DNA of 64,000 nucleotides, from NCBI GenBank assembly GCA_963514005.1, contig OY740789.1:13206001-13270000 (forward strand), read 5' to 3'. The notes beneath the pieces are model-generated. The model did no database searches. It saw only the letters and a program-made list of their open reading frames with translations, and was not told where the DNA came from. Both the position numbers and the translations under genes were made by a program. Below, piece after piece: positions 50,001-64,000 of the stretch (position 1 is its first letter; every line of letters starts with the position of its first letter). Origin of the DNA: Raja brachyura. Its lineage: Eukaryota.

Positions 50001-51664
50001 TGAGTTTGCTCACTTAGCGATAATTGGCAAGAGTAAGAAAGATTGATTCTTTCTTACTAAAGCCTTATTACTGGCCATTAGTTTTTGTTTTATAATTTTA
50101 GAGATACAGAGTGGAAACAGGCCCTTTGGCCCATTGAGTCTGCCAACCAGCAATTATCATAGACTAGTTATATTCTACACACTAGGGGCAATTTACAGAA
50201 GCCAATTAATCCAGAAACCAGCACGTCTTTGGAATGTGGGAGGAAACCGGAGTACCCAGAGGAAGCCCGCGTGGACACAGGGAGAACGTACAGACAGCAA
50301 CCGTAATCGGGATCGGAATCTGGCACTGCAAGACAGCAACTCTACCGTTGTGGCACCCATTACATTTTTTTTTAAAGATTAGATTTGCAGCGATCATCAG
50401 ATTCTGAGTACAAACTGATCTACATTGATCAATAACCAGTTACAACTTACAAGCTTTAAATGAATGAATAAGATTCCTTCAAAAAACAATGGTTATTACA
50501 TGGTAGAAAAGCGAGTTTAAAAAGATTATCCTCGGGAGAAGCCAACTACTTCCTGGAGCTCTGTTGTTAATGAAGATTGATGCAATTTAATCAAATAGAT
50601 GAAGTACTTTTGAAGTACCTCCATCTTCAGAATATGTCTAATTGCTAAATGTATGCATCCTTAAAATGCTTAATAATTTATGGGATCAGATGTTTTTCAA
50701 TGAATTGATATATTTAGTTACTACACAGCTTAATGAACGTACAACATGACCTGAATGAGATAATTGCATTGTTCTCTGCAATACAGAATTGGTTTATTGC
50801 TGGTGTAAGATTTTACTGCCAAGCCAATTGTGTGGTTTCAGTATCTCTGAATATTACAGAGTTCCCACTCATTTGCACTGTCGTCAAGAATGAAATTTAA
50901 GGGGCAGTAGTTGAAATGATGGTCTTTATTAGAGATGGCCAACGTGAGGCTTGAAAGCTGGATATGGCTCTTTTATGGTTCAAGTGTGCCTCTAACAAGT
51001 TGATGGCAAAAGCACTCTTTGGTACTTAATAATTTCATACAAATTGTGGCAGGACAATGATATTCTGCACATATTGGTTCTGGAAAATGTGTCTTGGGAA
51101 GGAGGGATGTTGGGGATATTGATGTCCAATACATATTGGTTTCTAACCTCGCTCAACTGGCCTTAAGGTATGGACTGGGCTAAGGTTTCAGAAGGCCACG
51201 GTCAGATTATATTCAGCATTGGTGAAAATTCCTGTTGAGTTTACGATCTCTCAGCAGAATATATTTGTCAAATATGTCACAGCTTCATTGTTCAGAAGAT
51301 TTAACTGTTAATTGTGATGTTGTTTCCATTGGTGACAATGCTATAATCTAGACTGCAAGAAAAACTAGTATGAGGAAGGAAACAAAGGTTTAAGGGAATA
51401 TGGGAGGATAATTTTCAAGTTGATTGGTGATGTCTTCCTGGTATACATGATAATAAATTAATAATTGTACTTTTGTACAACATGACTCACTAAGAAGAAT
51501 ACATTTGAAATGCGCAAAGTCAACCAACATTTTTCATTTTCATATCCTTTGAGATCGGAATTAAAGAAAGGCAAGGTATTAATATTATGTTTGAACAGCC
51601 AACAGACATTAATGTCTGCTATTGGTAAGGAAGCTGACAGAACACCTGAAGGTAGTTTTCTTTT

Positions 51665-52460
51665 TTGAATGAATACGTTTATGGGCCAAGCATTCACATA
51701 CAAAGAATTTGCCTTGGTGCTCTGCCAGCAAGTGACAAACTGACATACAGTGACAGTTAGGAACGACACATAAAACACTAAACATTAATAATAAAACATT
51801 ATCGATTAAACATGTGAATTAAATAAAATACCAGAGCTAAAGGAGATTTTTGGTTATTGAGTAGCGCTACTAATCGTGGGGAAAAAACGTTATGTCTGGC
51901 TGTGGCAGCTTTGACAGTCCAGAGTCACCTTCCAGAGGGAAGTGATTCAAAGAGTTTGTGGCCAGGGTGAGAGGAGTCTGAGATGATCTTACCTGCTCGC
52001 TTGCAGTGTACAGTTTGTCACTGGAGGGAAGGTTGCAGCCAATAACCTCATCTGATCAGACGATTCGCTGCAGCCTCCGAATGTCGTGCTTGGTGGCTGA
52101 GCCAAATCAGACCATGATGGAGAAGGTGAGGACAGACTCTACGATGGCCATGTAGAATTGGACCATCATTGCCTGTGGCAGATTGTGTTTCCTCAGCTGC
52201 CGCAGGAAGTACATCCTCTTTTGTGCCTTTTTGACTGGAGTCAATGGTGGCCTCCCATTTAAGGTCATTGGAGATGATTGTTCCCAGGAACTTAAAAGAC
52301 TTCACAGATATGACTGGTGTTGATGGTGAGTGGGGTGGGGTGAGGAGAGGGGAGCTCTCCTAAAGTCTACAATCAATTCCACAGTCTTAAGAGCATTGAG
52401 CTCCAGGTTGTTGCGATGGCACCAGGACGCCAGCTGTGTCACTTCCTGTCTGTCTACAGA
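51665..52460 (-). mobile_element. Rex1/L2-type LINE 3' fragment
   Basis: Minus strand reads KSFKFLGTIISNDLKWE; frameshifted; AT-rich tail. Confidence 0.8.
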
Positions 52461-54695
52461 TTCCGGAAGTATCATTCATCCTGAATATCCAAACTCTGAG
52501 AATGCAGGAGGATGTAGCAGAAGTAGCTACGATTTTAGATGTAAATAACACAGCACTAAACTTAATTAACAAATTAAACACATTCCACTTTCCAAAAGAC
52601 TTATGACTGGGGCAGAGACTCAAGGCTGTAATTTGTGCAACACTAGGTGTTCAGTGATTTTCTATAATTTAAAAAGGTTAGAATGTCAGCAATTTAAAAA
52701 AGGTAGGATAAAAAATTGTGTGACTTTGAATTTGAATATTATCATAAGTGTCTCCAAAGGCTGGCCTGCAGGTTTGCCACTCCTCGCCATTGCTAAAGTA
52801 TCTGTCACGTCCCACTATCTAAATTCACACGAATTGTAACCACATGGTACCAAAGAGCTGCAGATATTTGAAGAGCCTTTAACATCATGAGAAAAATGAA
52901 GCACAGTACCGGAATGTGTGGACCCACGGTTTCCTGATGCTGAAGGACTTGATGGAGGAGGTGGGGAGGAAGAGAAGCCCTATGTCTACACACTCAGAAT
53001 GCAGTAGGAAGTTATAGTGGTGAACAATCCCATTAATCAAGTCCAGCTTCCCAGGAGGTTGAAGCTATTTGCCACAAGGAATTCAACAGTGATGAATGGT
53101 CAAGGTAAGTGAATGCACCCTTAAAAATGCAGCCAGATTATCAAGCTGCTCAATGTTTCACATTCACTTATTAATAATTTTAACCAAATCCTTTCTATAT
53201 GACATTCTTATTCTCGACCTCAACCCCCCTTCCCCCCCCCCACATATTGCACTGCTGTGTCAGGTACTCTACAGTTTGAATGCACTCCCTGCTCGTCACC
53301 TATGAATGCCCCGTCACTCAAATGCATGTGAAAGATGCACATCTGAAATGTGCACAGATCTGATTCCCCTATCTATGGAAGGTGATGCTCTCCTCGTGCA
53401 TCAGTTGTCTTTGCCATCTCATTGGATTTAGAGCAAGATCAACACCGGTGATTTGCAGAAGATTAGTCATGCAGTACAAGTGACACCGAGCCAAGAGAAG
53501 AAGTAAATGTTCTCTACTTGGGAGAGGTTGTCTACAGGTTCGGTAAGAGATGTCAAATGAAGACTTCAGTGGAGCAGCGCAACAAAAGCGGTTGGGTGTA
53601 CTTAACGAAGGTCTTGGTCATAGCGTGATACTGTGTGGAAACAGGCCCTTCAGCCCAACTCGCCCACAGCGGCCAACAATAGTGAATTAATAAATCTCCC
53701 AGAAAGCCTGCCTCTGATTACCTTGGAGTAAGAAGGAATCCAACATCAACATTGAAGAGCTTGGCGCCATTATTTTTTACTGTAGAAGTTGTGAATAAGT
53801 GCATTAGCACCAGTGGTTCGAATCATCAGGAATCATCTGATAGGTAATGTTCCAGCTTGAAGGGGGAAGATGCCCAATGTCCATGTGCTTTCATTGCTTT
53901 GGGTCAGTTTATCAAAACTCTGGGTCCAACCTACACCAAAGCTTACTGAATATCACATCAGTCAAATATGTTACTAAAATTGCTGGAATTCCATTCCAGA
54001 AAAACAGTGATGGAGCATCTCTTGCAGTATGCCAGCATTTGTGATTCCATCACTGCTTTTACAGCAATTCTTCTCCGGTAAACAGCTAGCCCACTCATTG
54101 GCTGTTGTCCAAGCTGAGAGTGCAATTTGAGGCCTGGTATTCTAACTCCAGAATAACGTCCTACAGGGTCACTGCTGTAAGTCATTATACTTCCACCAGC
54201 CTACTAAAACTAATGGGGGAAAAAGCACTAGAAAGGAGGCAATGCATGGCAAAATATAAAAATAATATGTTTGTATTTGGCATTCTTTAAGACAAGATTT
54301 GGAATGTTATGTTTTTAAAGATGATATTTTGAGAAAACACACTGGTCAGTGACAAAGAAGGTAAGAAGGGGACTTCGATGGAGGGGAGAATTGGGTGACA
54401 TTTATTGGATGAACTAACCACAGGCAGCCCAGGCCAAAAAGGGCTGTCTTTATGACCTCTTTCCTGTTCATCCTCCCCAACCTCTTGCTGTATGTCTTTT
54501 AACAAGGATTGAGTCTTCTACTGTTGTAAGATTGTACAACATATGACAGACCACTTTATTTCTTTACGCCTGCTCTATAAGGATGTCCCAGATCTATCCA
54601 GTCACCAGAGTGTTTTGAGGGCAGGAATGATTTGCTCTACTATAATGAGCATTACAACAGAGCATTTGTTATCACAGGATGATCACATGTGTGGG

Positions 54696-54894
54696 TAATG
54701 CCCCTGTCCCACTTAGGAAACCTGAACGGAAACCTCTGGAGAAAGTGGTTTCCGCTCCTTCTATGTTCCAGCGAAGAAGCGGAAACCACTTTCGACCATT
54801 AGGGAGACGGACAAAAACCGCACGGAAACCTTGGGTGGGGCGCAAAGTCTCCAGAGGTTTCCGTTCAGGTTTCCTAAGTGGGACAGGGGCATTA
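54696..54894. mobile_element. MITE with a perfect 47-bp terminal inverted repeat and an internal 16-bp hairpin
   Basis: 54696-54742 is the exact reverse complement of 54848-54894; the CCTGTCCCAC core is shared with the MITEs at 35783 and 60290. Confidence 0.92.
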
Positions 54895-57599
54895 TGCACC
54901 TGAATCAAAGGCGATGTTATCAGCAGGGAGTTGATGCCATTTAGCTTATTTTAGCATGGATGCCACAGTGTACTAGGGCATATTGGATGCATTGTGATTA
55001 CAGCCAGGACATAATAAAGTATTAATCTGCTTGAAATACAGTATACATCCACACTACCTTGTCCCTAGATAGAGTGAACTAACTTCTATATGTGGTATAT
55101 ATTGTTGAACGAATATGCTTCAGACATTCACATCCCTGTGTAGTTGCTGTCTTGTAAACCACAATGGAATTTATTAAATTAATTTAATTAATTCTCTAAA
55201 CTATTGGAGTGTCACCTACAGTATCTCTTGTGCAATGATGGTTAATGAACTGCTGCATTTTTAATAATACCTTCTATTCTAGATTGGAAGGTGTGGATGT
55301 GTTAGAAAATAATTACTTTCTTGGTGGTCTTTGCTGTCACTGGCAGATAGTTTCATGTCTCTGAAACTGCTCTTGTAACTAAGTAGATATTTCAGTGAGG
55401 ACATTCTCAACCCTATATGTCTCGTGCACAGTTCTTGAGCTTCAGGTAGGAGAGTTATTCCCCCTGACATGCTAAACCGTAGACGTTACTGCAAAGGACG
55501 GCATTTAATGATCCTTTAATATTCACATTTGCAATACTGGAAACAAAATCTTCATTTACTTACAGGATCAATGAAACCACTATGGAAATATTATGATCAG
55601 GTGTGATTTTCCCTGCTTAAAAAGATAAACTTGCAAAGATTTCCCAGATTGATTCTTGAAATGGCAGGTTTATCACATGAGGAGAGTACACAGACCAAGC
55701 CCATACTTTCCTGAGTTTAGAAAAATGAGAGCAAATTTTAGCCACTGTGTACGTTTAAGAAAAAGCCTATTTTTTTTTTGGTGGTAAGGGAATCAAGCGA
55801 TACGATGCAAGAACATGACATTAAGATTAAAGCTCTGCCATGATGTTGACGTGTGAAAGAGCAGGCACGGTGACCAAATCATAGAATGGGGACGATACAA
55901 AAGAGGTGACTCGTGCTACATGGGTTCTAATGGAACAACTTTCTAGTTCTATCCACCATGCCTTTTTTTAATTGCCTTACAACATTTTCTCCATCATATA
56001 TTTACTCAATTCTTTCTTGGCCTGAATGTAACCTGCTTCCACTGTTAGTGCACACAATGCATTTCAGATTACAACACAATTCTCATCATGACATTTTTAT
56101 TAAGTTTTTTTTATACCTGTGATCTCTCGTCTTACACTACTCACCAAAAGGAGGCACCCTCCAAATTAATCTATCCTGGCCTATCAATACGTTTTCTATC
56201 AAATCACCCCACTGCCTTCTCTTTTACAGAAGTCGTTTCAGCCTCCCTTAACTATCCTTATTGTCGTCCCGCTCATAAGAACACTCAGATCTTCTGTAAT
56301 GCTTTCATATTCTGCCAGAATTGAACGTAATACTCCAACTGAGGCCAGATTCATATTTTTAAAGGGTTGGAATAACGTGCCTGCTCTATATTCTCTGCAT
56401 CCATTGTTAAATGTCTAGAAATGTGTCCACTTAATTAACTGTTCTCTCAACTTGCATTGCTACTTCCACCAATTTGTGCACTCGTATTCTAGGTCATTCT
56501 GCTCTGCCTATTTTTCAGAACAATATCCTTTATTCCATATTGCCCCACCTCTTTTTCCCTACAGAATGCATTGCCTCATATCATCACACTATTCTACTCT
56601 TAAGGAGGGGTGTAGCAGGAGGAGATAACTGAATTAATGTTGGACATTTAGAATGTACATTTCCACATCTGTAGAATCCCATGTAAAAATAATTTATCAT
56701 CTTGAAAATGATATGGGCACAAAACAAGATTTAATTGTATATTGGTCTGATTCAAAATACGGTTATGTGTTCAGAGTGTAATTAGCTAAAAAGACACAAT
56801 GGTAAATGTACCTGCAGCCCTAATAGTTTGTGACAGAATGTAATGTCACTAATTATTTCTACACTAGTTAAAAGTGCAAAGAAGAGTTTCTAATTGCTAC
56901 TCTGGTCATTTGCCAGATCTAGCTCGGCCCTCAATGATTTTTAGCAGCTACTTTAAAAATTCCAAAGATTGCCTCTGAGCAAGTAAGAACAGAATATATT
57001 CATCCCACAAAATGCAGGATTTACATTGACACTTGTAGTCTGATTAATGTCAACAACATTCCTTGATTTGTATGGTTCGGTTCAGTTGGTCCCATGGTAA
57101 ACTAAACAAGCTCTGATGAGAGGAAGTGTTTATTTTGAAACCAGTCAGAAGGTACATATCAAAATATAAGGTTCAAACATCAATAATATTTAACAAAGAT
57201 TCGTAATCTCAGGAGATTTGTAATCTGCTGGTGCTAGATCTGCGGTGTTTTTGGACTGGCTATCCAGTGCCATACAAGAAGTCCACGTACGATCTCCAGA
57301 GGGCCACCAAGAGCACAAAGAGATGCTAAGCTGGAGCCGCAGACAGACCTTCAACATCTGTGGCCGGGTTTGCAAGCTGTCACCTCCAACATTGAAACCA
57401 TAGCATTAGTGGCAATGCATATCTTCCAGATGAGCTCATGCCTTGAAAGGGAGAATAGTAACACAGGTACACAAACCCCAGAACCCCTGCCGAGCCTGTG
57501 AAATTGGTTTCTGAGTCGATGACAGAACATCCTGCAGGAGGGTGAAACCATGTAAAGCTTCCAGCACAGATGACTATTGACCCAGCGCATGAATATACT

Positions 57600-58185
57600 C
57601 ACAAAGAAGGTTTAAAGAGATTCAGCATGTGACCAAATACTCTAATAAACCACTGCTGAAAGTATCCTGACTGGTTGAATAATGGCTTGGCACACAAACT
57701 CCAATGCACAGGAATCCAAGAGACTGCTCAGCCCAGTCCATCACGAGCACAGCCACCCCCCCCCCCCCCCCCCCCAACCAATCAAAAGCATCAACGTGAA
57801 ACCCTGCTTCAAGAAGGCATCATTTATCATCAATGATCCCCACCATCCTCCATTCTCGTTGCCATCGGGCAGAAGATACAGAAGCCTGAGGTCCCTAACC
57901 ACCAGATTAAGGAACAGGTATATTCCTACAACTATCGAGTTCTTGAGCCAACCTAATCCTACCTTGGCAATGGAACACTGGACCACCTTTTGCGCCACCC
58001 TGGATGAGTTTTTGTTTGTGTATTTTTACACAAATATCTTGTTTTTTCAACATTCTTTTTAAAATTTGCCTTGTATAATTTATGTTTTTGTGTGTTTGAT
58101 CCTATGATGCTGCTGCAAGCAGGTTTTTCAATATACCGGTACCTTATTGCACTTGTGCATATGACGATAAACTCAATTTGACTTG
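57600..58185 (+). mobile_element. Rex1/L2-type LINE 3' fragment
   Basis: KKASFIINDPHHP..LPSGRRYRSLRSLTTRLRN motif. Confidence 0.8.
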
Positions 58186-58984
58186 AAAATAACATGTGGG
58201 CCTGTGATATGGACAATTGGCTATTGCCAGCTTCACAAGTCTCTTGCAGCTATGACATTCTCTGGAAGTACGATGATAATAACTGGTCAAGTAATACCTT
58301 AAAGATAATGTTGTCCTGGTTGCAGACCACATGGCTAGTCCTTTATAAAACACATTAAGTTGTGAACTAGAAATTTTGAAATTCATGAATGCTGTAATTG
58401 ATAAATGCAATACTTTGCGACCCCTCTTGAACATCAAGTGGTATTTGAATTTTTTTTGGAGCTGGGGAAAAAATATGATTGAAATAAATTGGGAAACGGC
58501 CCTTGAGTTTTGATCACCATGATTACGCCTAAGAAATATTGTGCTTTGCAAAAAATTGTTACAGATTTTAAAGATGCCTATTATTTCCAGATTGCTAACG
58601 GTTGTCAATGTGTACAGTCTTGCCATTCACTCGGCTTTTTTTTTTAAATGAAGCCAATGCCACTCTTTATTGCTCTTCATTAGAATGTTGGCCTCGGAAT
58701 TGGATTCTGAGGCACTGTTTCAATCTTTGTTACTATATATTACAAGTGATCAAAATTATTGTAAGTGTATTCGAGAGAGAGTTAGATATAACTCTTAGGG
58801 CTAACGGAATCAAGTGATATGGGGTGAAAGCAGGAACAGGGTACTCATTTTGGATGATCATTGAATGGCGGTGCTGGTTCAAAGGGCCAAATGGCCTACC
58901 CCTGGACCTATTTTGTATGTTAAATTGCTATTAAACCATGTCTCCCACCAAGTGTTAAATTGAGTCTCAAATCACACACCAGAA

Positions 58985-59990
58985 GACTCGTGTTCAGATT
59001 TGTTTATTGTCATATAGACCAGAGTGCCATGAAATATCTTGTTGGCATGAAGCTCATAGAGTGAAAAGTATACAGTTATGGTCCATACAACAATAACTAT
59101 AACAAAGAATGCAACAAGCAGACTATTGAAGAGATTGTAGCTGAAGTATACAATGAATAAAATACCAAAATGCAATAACTGAATGATGTGCAGTTAAGAG
59201 CAAGAGCACCTCCAGGAATGGGGTCTGAAAGAGGTGATTGGTTCAGGAGTCTGATAGCTGTGGGGAAGAAGCTGTTTTAAGATGGAGGTCTGGGCTTTCA
59301 ATCTCCCATATCTTCTCCCAGAAGGCAGTGGAGGGAATTGGAAAAGGGTGGTATGCATCCATGACCATACTTGCGGCCTTCCTGATACAACGTACCACGA
59401 AGATAGATTTGATGGATGTGATGAGCCTGTGATGAACTGGATAGTGTTCACCACTCTCTGCAGGTTCAGAGACCACTTGCAATGCCAGACTGAGATGTAT
59501 GCCATCAGAATACTGTGTACAGTACATCTGAAGAAGTTTTGGAGAGAATCCTCGTGGACATGTCGAATCTTCTCGGAAGCCCAAGAAAATAAATACGCTA
59601 ATGGATTTTGTTGATCACCACATCAGTGTGAAGAGTCCATGTTCGGTTGCTGGTGATATGGATGCCTGGAAACGTGAAGCTGTCAACCATGCCTGCAGCA
59701 GCTTTGTGGTTGAGGGCAAATTTGTATTCACCTCTCCACTTTCTTGGGTCAACGACCCACTCATTCATCTTGCCTATATTAAGGACGAGACATCATGATG
59801 CCAGGTACTTTTTCCTATACTCAATCTCATCATTGTTATTGATCCTACCAACAATGGATGTATCATCAGTGAACCTAAAGATTGAGTTGGTGCTGTATTT
59901 GGCCATTCAGTCATGGGTGTTCACGGAATAGAGCAGGAGACTTGACCACCCTGAGGATCACCAGTGTTGAGGGTCAGGGTAGAGGAAATA
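58985..59990 (-). mobile_element. Rex1/L2-type LINE fragment
   Basis: LQRVVNT and LPSGRRY motifs on the minus strand. Confidence 0.75.
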
Positions 59991-60289
59991 GGAATTGAGT
60001 AGGCCTTGACCAGCTAAGAGTGCAAGACTCAGCGCAATAGTCTACGTTTGGTCTCACCGATGTAAAGGAGGCCACATTGAAAACACCAAATGCAACAGAT
60101 ACGGTTTGAAGAGGTGCATGTGAACCTCTGTCTCTCCTGGAAGAGCTGCTGGGTTCTCTGGTTCGAAGTGGAAGAGGAGGTGTAGGAACAGATGTTCCAT
60201 CTGTAGTTGCAGGGGAAAGTACCTGGTGAGAGGGTTATTTGATTTCGTGTTTGTGAATCATTCTGGCTCCCAATCTCATACCAAGCTTT

Positions 60290-60505
60290 AGGGCCTGTCC
60301 CACATTCACGACCTAATTCACGGCCTCTGCGGAGTTTGCCCTTGACTCATACTTGCAGCATGGTTGTCCCGAGGTCATAGGTATATCGTAGGTAGGTCGT
60401 GATGCTAGTCGTAGGTACTCGTGGCATCAAGTAGATCGGGCCGTTTTTCTAGCCTGATCACAAATGGCCATGAGTAAAAAAGGTTGTGACAGTGGGACAG
60501 GCCCT
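60290..60505. mobile_element. MITE of the same family as 35783-36012, inserted in a Penelope-derived region
   Basis: agggcctgtcccac ... gtgggacaggccct. Confidence 0.8.
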
Positions 60506-60639
60506 TTTCTGTCCTGTGCCTCCTCCATTTCCAGAGTGAGGCCACACATAAACTGGAGGAACAGCACCCCATATTACACTTGGGTAGCTTACAGCCCAAC
60601 TGTATGAATATTGAATTCTCCAATTTCAAGTGGGTGGGA

Positions 60640-61220
60640 ATTAAATGTGACATCTCCAAGTTTGCGAATGACACAAAGCTGGGTGGCAGTGTGAGCGGCA
60701 ATGAAGATGCTATGAGGCTGCAGGGTGATTAGGAGAGGTTTGGTGAGTGGGCAGATGTATGGCAGACGCAGTAGATGGATAAAAGCGGGGTTATCCACTT
60801 TGGAAGCAAGAACAGGAAGGCCGATTATTATCTGAATGGTGGCAGATTAGAAAAGGGGGAGATGCAACGAGACCTGGTGTGCTTGTACGTCAGTCACTGA
60901 AAGTAAGCATGCTGGTACAGCAGGCATGTTGGCCTTCATTGCGAAATGGTTTGAGTTTAGGAGCAAGGAGGTTACTGCTATTGTACAGGGCCCTGGTAAG
61001 ACCGCATCTGGAGTATTGTGTGCAATTTTGGTTTATAAAATTCTTAAAGGATTGGACAGGCTAGATGCAGGAAAAATGTTCCCGATGTTGCGGGAGTTCA
61101 GAACCAGGAGTCACAGTTTAAGAATAAGGGGTGGGCCATTTAGGACTTAGATGATAGATGATCAGCCATGAGCCTCTAAAGGGCCGAATGGCTTACCAAT
61201 GCACATATTTTTCTATGTTT
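60640..61220 (+). mobile_element. CR1-type LINE fragment with internal deletions
   Basis: SKFANDTKLGG and LYRALVRPHLEYCVQFW motifs. Confidence 0.85.
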
Positions 61221-64000
61221 CTATCCCCTCCACCCCAATCCAGTGTGCACCCATTTCTCCCACCCTTCCCCCCAGTCACCCTATTTCTTTCCCTTCCCTC
61301 CTGCACTCAGGTCCTTTCCAGAGTTCCCCATTTCCCTTTTATCTCCATTTCCCTTTTATCTCCCCTATTACCACCTATTTTCTTCTTGCTAGCTTTACAT
61401 TTCACTCCTCTTCTTCCCTTATTTCCCAACAATTTGTCCCTTTTCACCACCCATCTGCCAGTAATTCCCCACCCCCCCTCCATACCTATATTCATGTAAG
61501 ACTGTGAACTGTCCATTCAGAAATGTCTGTCTGTTCCCTCCACAGATGCTGCATGGCCTGTTGAGTTCCTTCAGTACTTTGTCTTTTAGCTCCTCATAAC
61601 CATGTCTCATAGCTACTCATAACTTCAGTACATTCAAGACTCCTGCTTCAGCACTCAAGCAAATCCAGGGTCAAAGGAATTAAAGTTATTCCTTTAAGGA
61701 ATCCTTGATTTCTACATATTTGTAGAAGATTGAATTGGAGGGAACTTAGTTGAGTTAGTTTAGGCTAAGTTGCAAGTATCTTTTGGATATGTGTTAAAGG
61801 CTAAGGTGCACGTTGACTATTTTGTCTTGTAGTCTAAATAAATTTCCAGCATGGCAGGGAAAAGGGAGAAACGATATGGAAACAGCGTTTTCCTCTTCCA
61901 GGAGCAATACTGTTATTGAAAGCAAAACACAAAGTGATGGAGGAAACTCAGTAGGGTCAGGCAACATGTGTGGAGGGAATGAACAGATGAGATTTGTCAT
62001 ATGGTTATATTTCCGGTCAAGACTCTTCTTCAATCTGCTGGAGAAAGCTAGAAAAGAGAGTGGGGGGAGGGATGTTGTTGATTAACAGAAGGGTGGAGTA
62101 AGTGACACAAGCTAGAGGTGAAAAAGAGATAAAAGGATGTCAGATAAGGAGTAAATAGGAGGAATGAAAGGTACAGCCACTGAGGGATGGGTGGGTAGAG
62201 GGGGGGGGGGGGGGGTTAAAAGGAAAATAACAGTTTAATAATAAGGAGTAGGCCATTTAGGATTGAGATGAGGAAAAACCATTTCACCGAAAGAGTTGCG
62301 AATCTGGTATTCTCTGCCACAGAAGGCAGTGGAGGCCAATTCACTGAGAGGATGATAGATATAGCTGTTCAAGCTAACGGAATCAAGGGATATGGGGAGA
62401 ATGCAGGAATGGGGTACTGATTTTGGTTCATCAGCCATAATCATATTGAATGGCAGTGCTGGCTCAAAGGGCCGAATAGCCGAATACTACTGCACCTTGT
62501 TTCTATGAAATGGGGCCTTGGGGATGGGAGACGAGTGTACGAAGGAAAGGAAAGGGGTAAGGACTGTGTGTGTGTGTGTGTGTATGTGGGGGGGGGGGAC
62601 CCTCATTCAAATCCCAAAACAAACTCAAGATTTACGCAAAACTTTTGTTGTTGATATAAGATTATTGTGTCAAAATTTGGGCACTCGTGTTCAGAAACAA
62701 TGTCAAGGTCATCAAAGGGAACATAAAAGGAAGACAATAACATATATGGAGAAGAGGATACTTTTATTACCAGAAGGTTTACTAGTCTTAAACAATTATT
62801 AAATGTCATGCTTTGGGAAATTAAGAAATCTAATCTCCACGGAATATTTAAGAATATTGCCAAAGAGCAAAGGGACGTTCATAGGAGAAAGTGTCCAATG
62901 TGCAGGGATATAGCAAGAACCAAAAATGGAGTCTGAAACTCTGATTAGCTTTTCAAAAGAAGTGGATACAAATATAAGCAGAAAATGTTAGAGGAATGAA
63001 GGGTGTCCCATATTGTAAAATTATTTGCTTTTCACGTGTGTTTCTCGTTAGTTAACCTCAGTTTTACAGAAAGGTATCTTGTGAGGCCTACTGGCATCCT
63101 GTGGAAAAGGAAACCGAATGCTCCTGATTTGTTGTGTAAAAAATGACCCTAAAAGACCCACCAATCCATCCAGTCCATTGTGTACATAATGTGGTTAGCT
63201 TGAATATCACAATAAATATTCTCCACTCGGAACAAATGTAAAATCTTTGTGAAGAAGCAGATATAAACCCAAACCAGCTTGAGGGGAATAAAAATATCCC
63301 TTCCTGGCACACGGACAATTAAATTAGTGCAGAAAACAGATTTAGGTTGGACATGCATCTCCTGTAGTAAGTGATCCCTGGAAATACTTCCTGCTCCATT
63401 AATTAGTCCTACTGATGATTCATGGTAGTAGTGAAAATAGTTTGTATTTTTAATATTGTGCTATTTTGGATGAACATGGAATGGCAGCAAAAGGGAGATA
63501 CCAATAGAGAGATAATTATTTTTAAATCACGCCAAATTTTGTCCTCTAATTAATAAATCGTTTCACGAAAAATTTATAAATTGTCACAGCATTTAACAAT
63601 TTGTCTTTTTAGATGATGCAGCGTTAACGGATGGACATCCTATGATTACAAAGAGATGGAAAATGAATACAGAGGTAGGTGAACCCAGAACAAGATGCTG
63701 AAAGTGAAGGAAATTTAAAACGGGGCTTTACATTCCTTTACTCTTGAAATGGTTTAATTTTCTGTCGCCAGATAAAAGTAGGGAACTGGTTAAGTGCACA
63801 TTATCTGAAGGAAATATTCCAATGGACGCAACGATCAAAGCTGGCACGTAACTGTGTTGAATGTATTAATGAGTATTAACACCAAAATAAATTAATCATT
63901 TGGAACACTTCTGTTTGTAAGAAATAAATTATTTCTGAACGCCTACAGAGTTTTGAGCTCCAAATGGAAGAGAGATTGTTAATCGAGTACCCAGCCAGTC

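Noticed and set aside
54672-54908. Near-identical peptides on both strands
   Set aside because: A consequence of the MITE's perfect inverted repeat.
57190-57602. Short ORFs in a moderately GC-rich segment
   Set aside because: No convincing domain or splice pair; more likely an old LINE remnant.
47100-64000. A neighbouring gene (e.g. PROX2, adjacent to YLPM1 in mammals)
   Set aside because: No recognisable exon on either strand; the ORFs here are LINE remnants or short random frames. A small exon could have been missed.

Overview
Eukaryotic vertebrate genomic DNA: AT-rich, with GT-AG introns and a CR1/Rex LINE, tRNA-SINE and Penelope repeat complement typical of a cartilaginous fish (probably a skate or ray; this is an inference). 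About 0.7-47 kb of the + strand is one large gene, YLPM1 (ZAP3). I traced 20 coding exons (688..45356) whose splice phases chain without a frameshift, giving 7083 nt or about 2360 aa; the 5' start lies upstream of the window. The protein has Q/P-rich regions, a 3.6-kb exon with an expanded G-rich [F-E/D-G, RGG] repeat, an R/D-rich region, the C-terminal P-loop domain (GLPGSGKT) and the PP1-docking RVRW motif. A 3'-UTR intron follows the stop codon. Introns and the 3' flank (49.7-64 kb, no gene recognised) contain CR1 and Rex-type LINE fragments, SINEs, MITEs, a probable non-autonomous Helitron, a hAT-like element and a Penelope-like element. The best leads are: (i) two tandem minimal hammerhead-ribozyme motifs in the Penelope pseudo-LTRs, sense to the YLPM1 pre-mRNA and carrying complementary defects; (ii) a candidate NMD-triggering cassette exon in the 3' UTR; (iii) coding repeat expansions; (iv) short Penelope-derived inserts, each flanked by 14-bp direct repeats. 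I cannot establish a wholly new biological system from the sequence alone. Family names come from recognising motifs, not from database searches.
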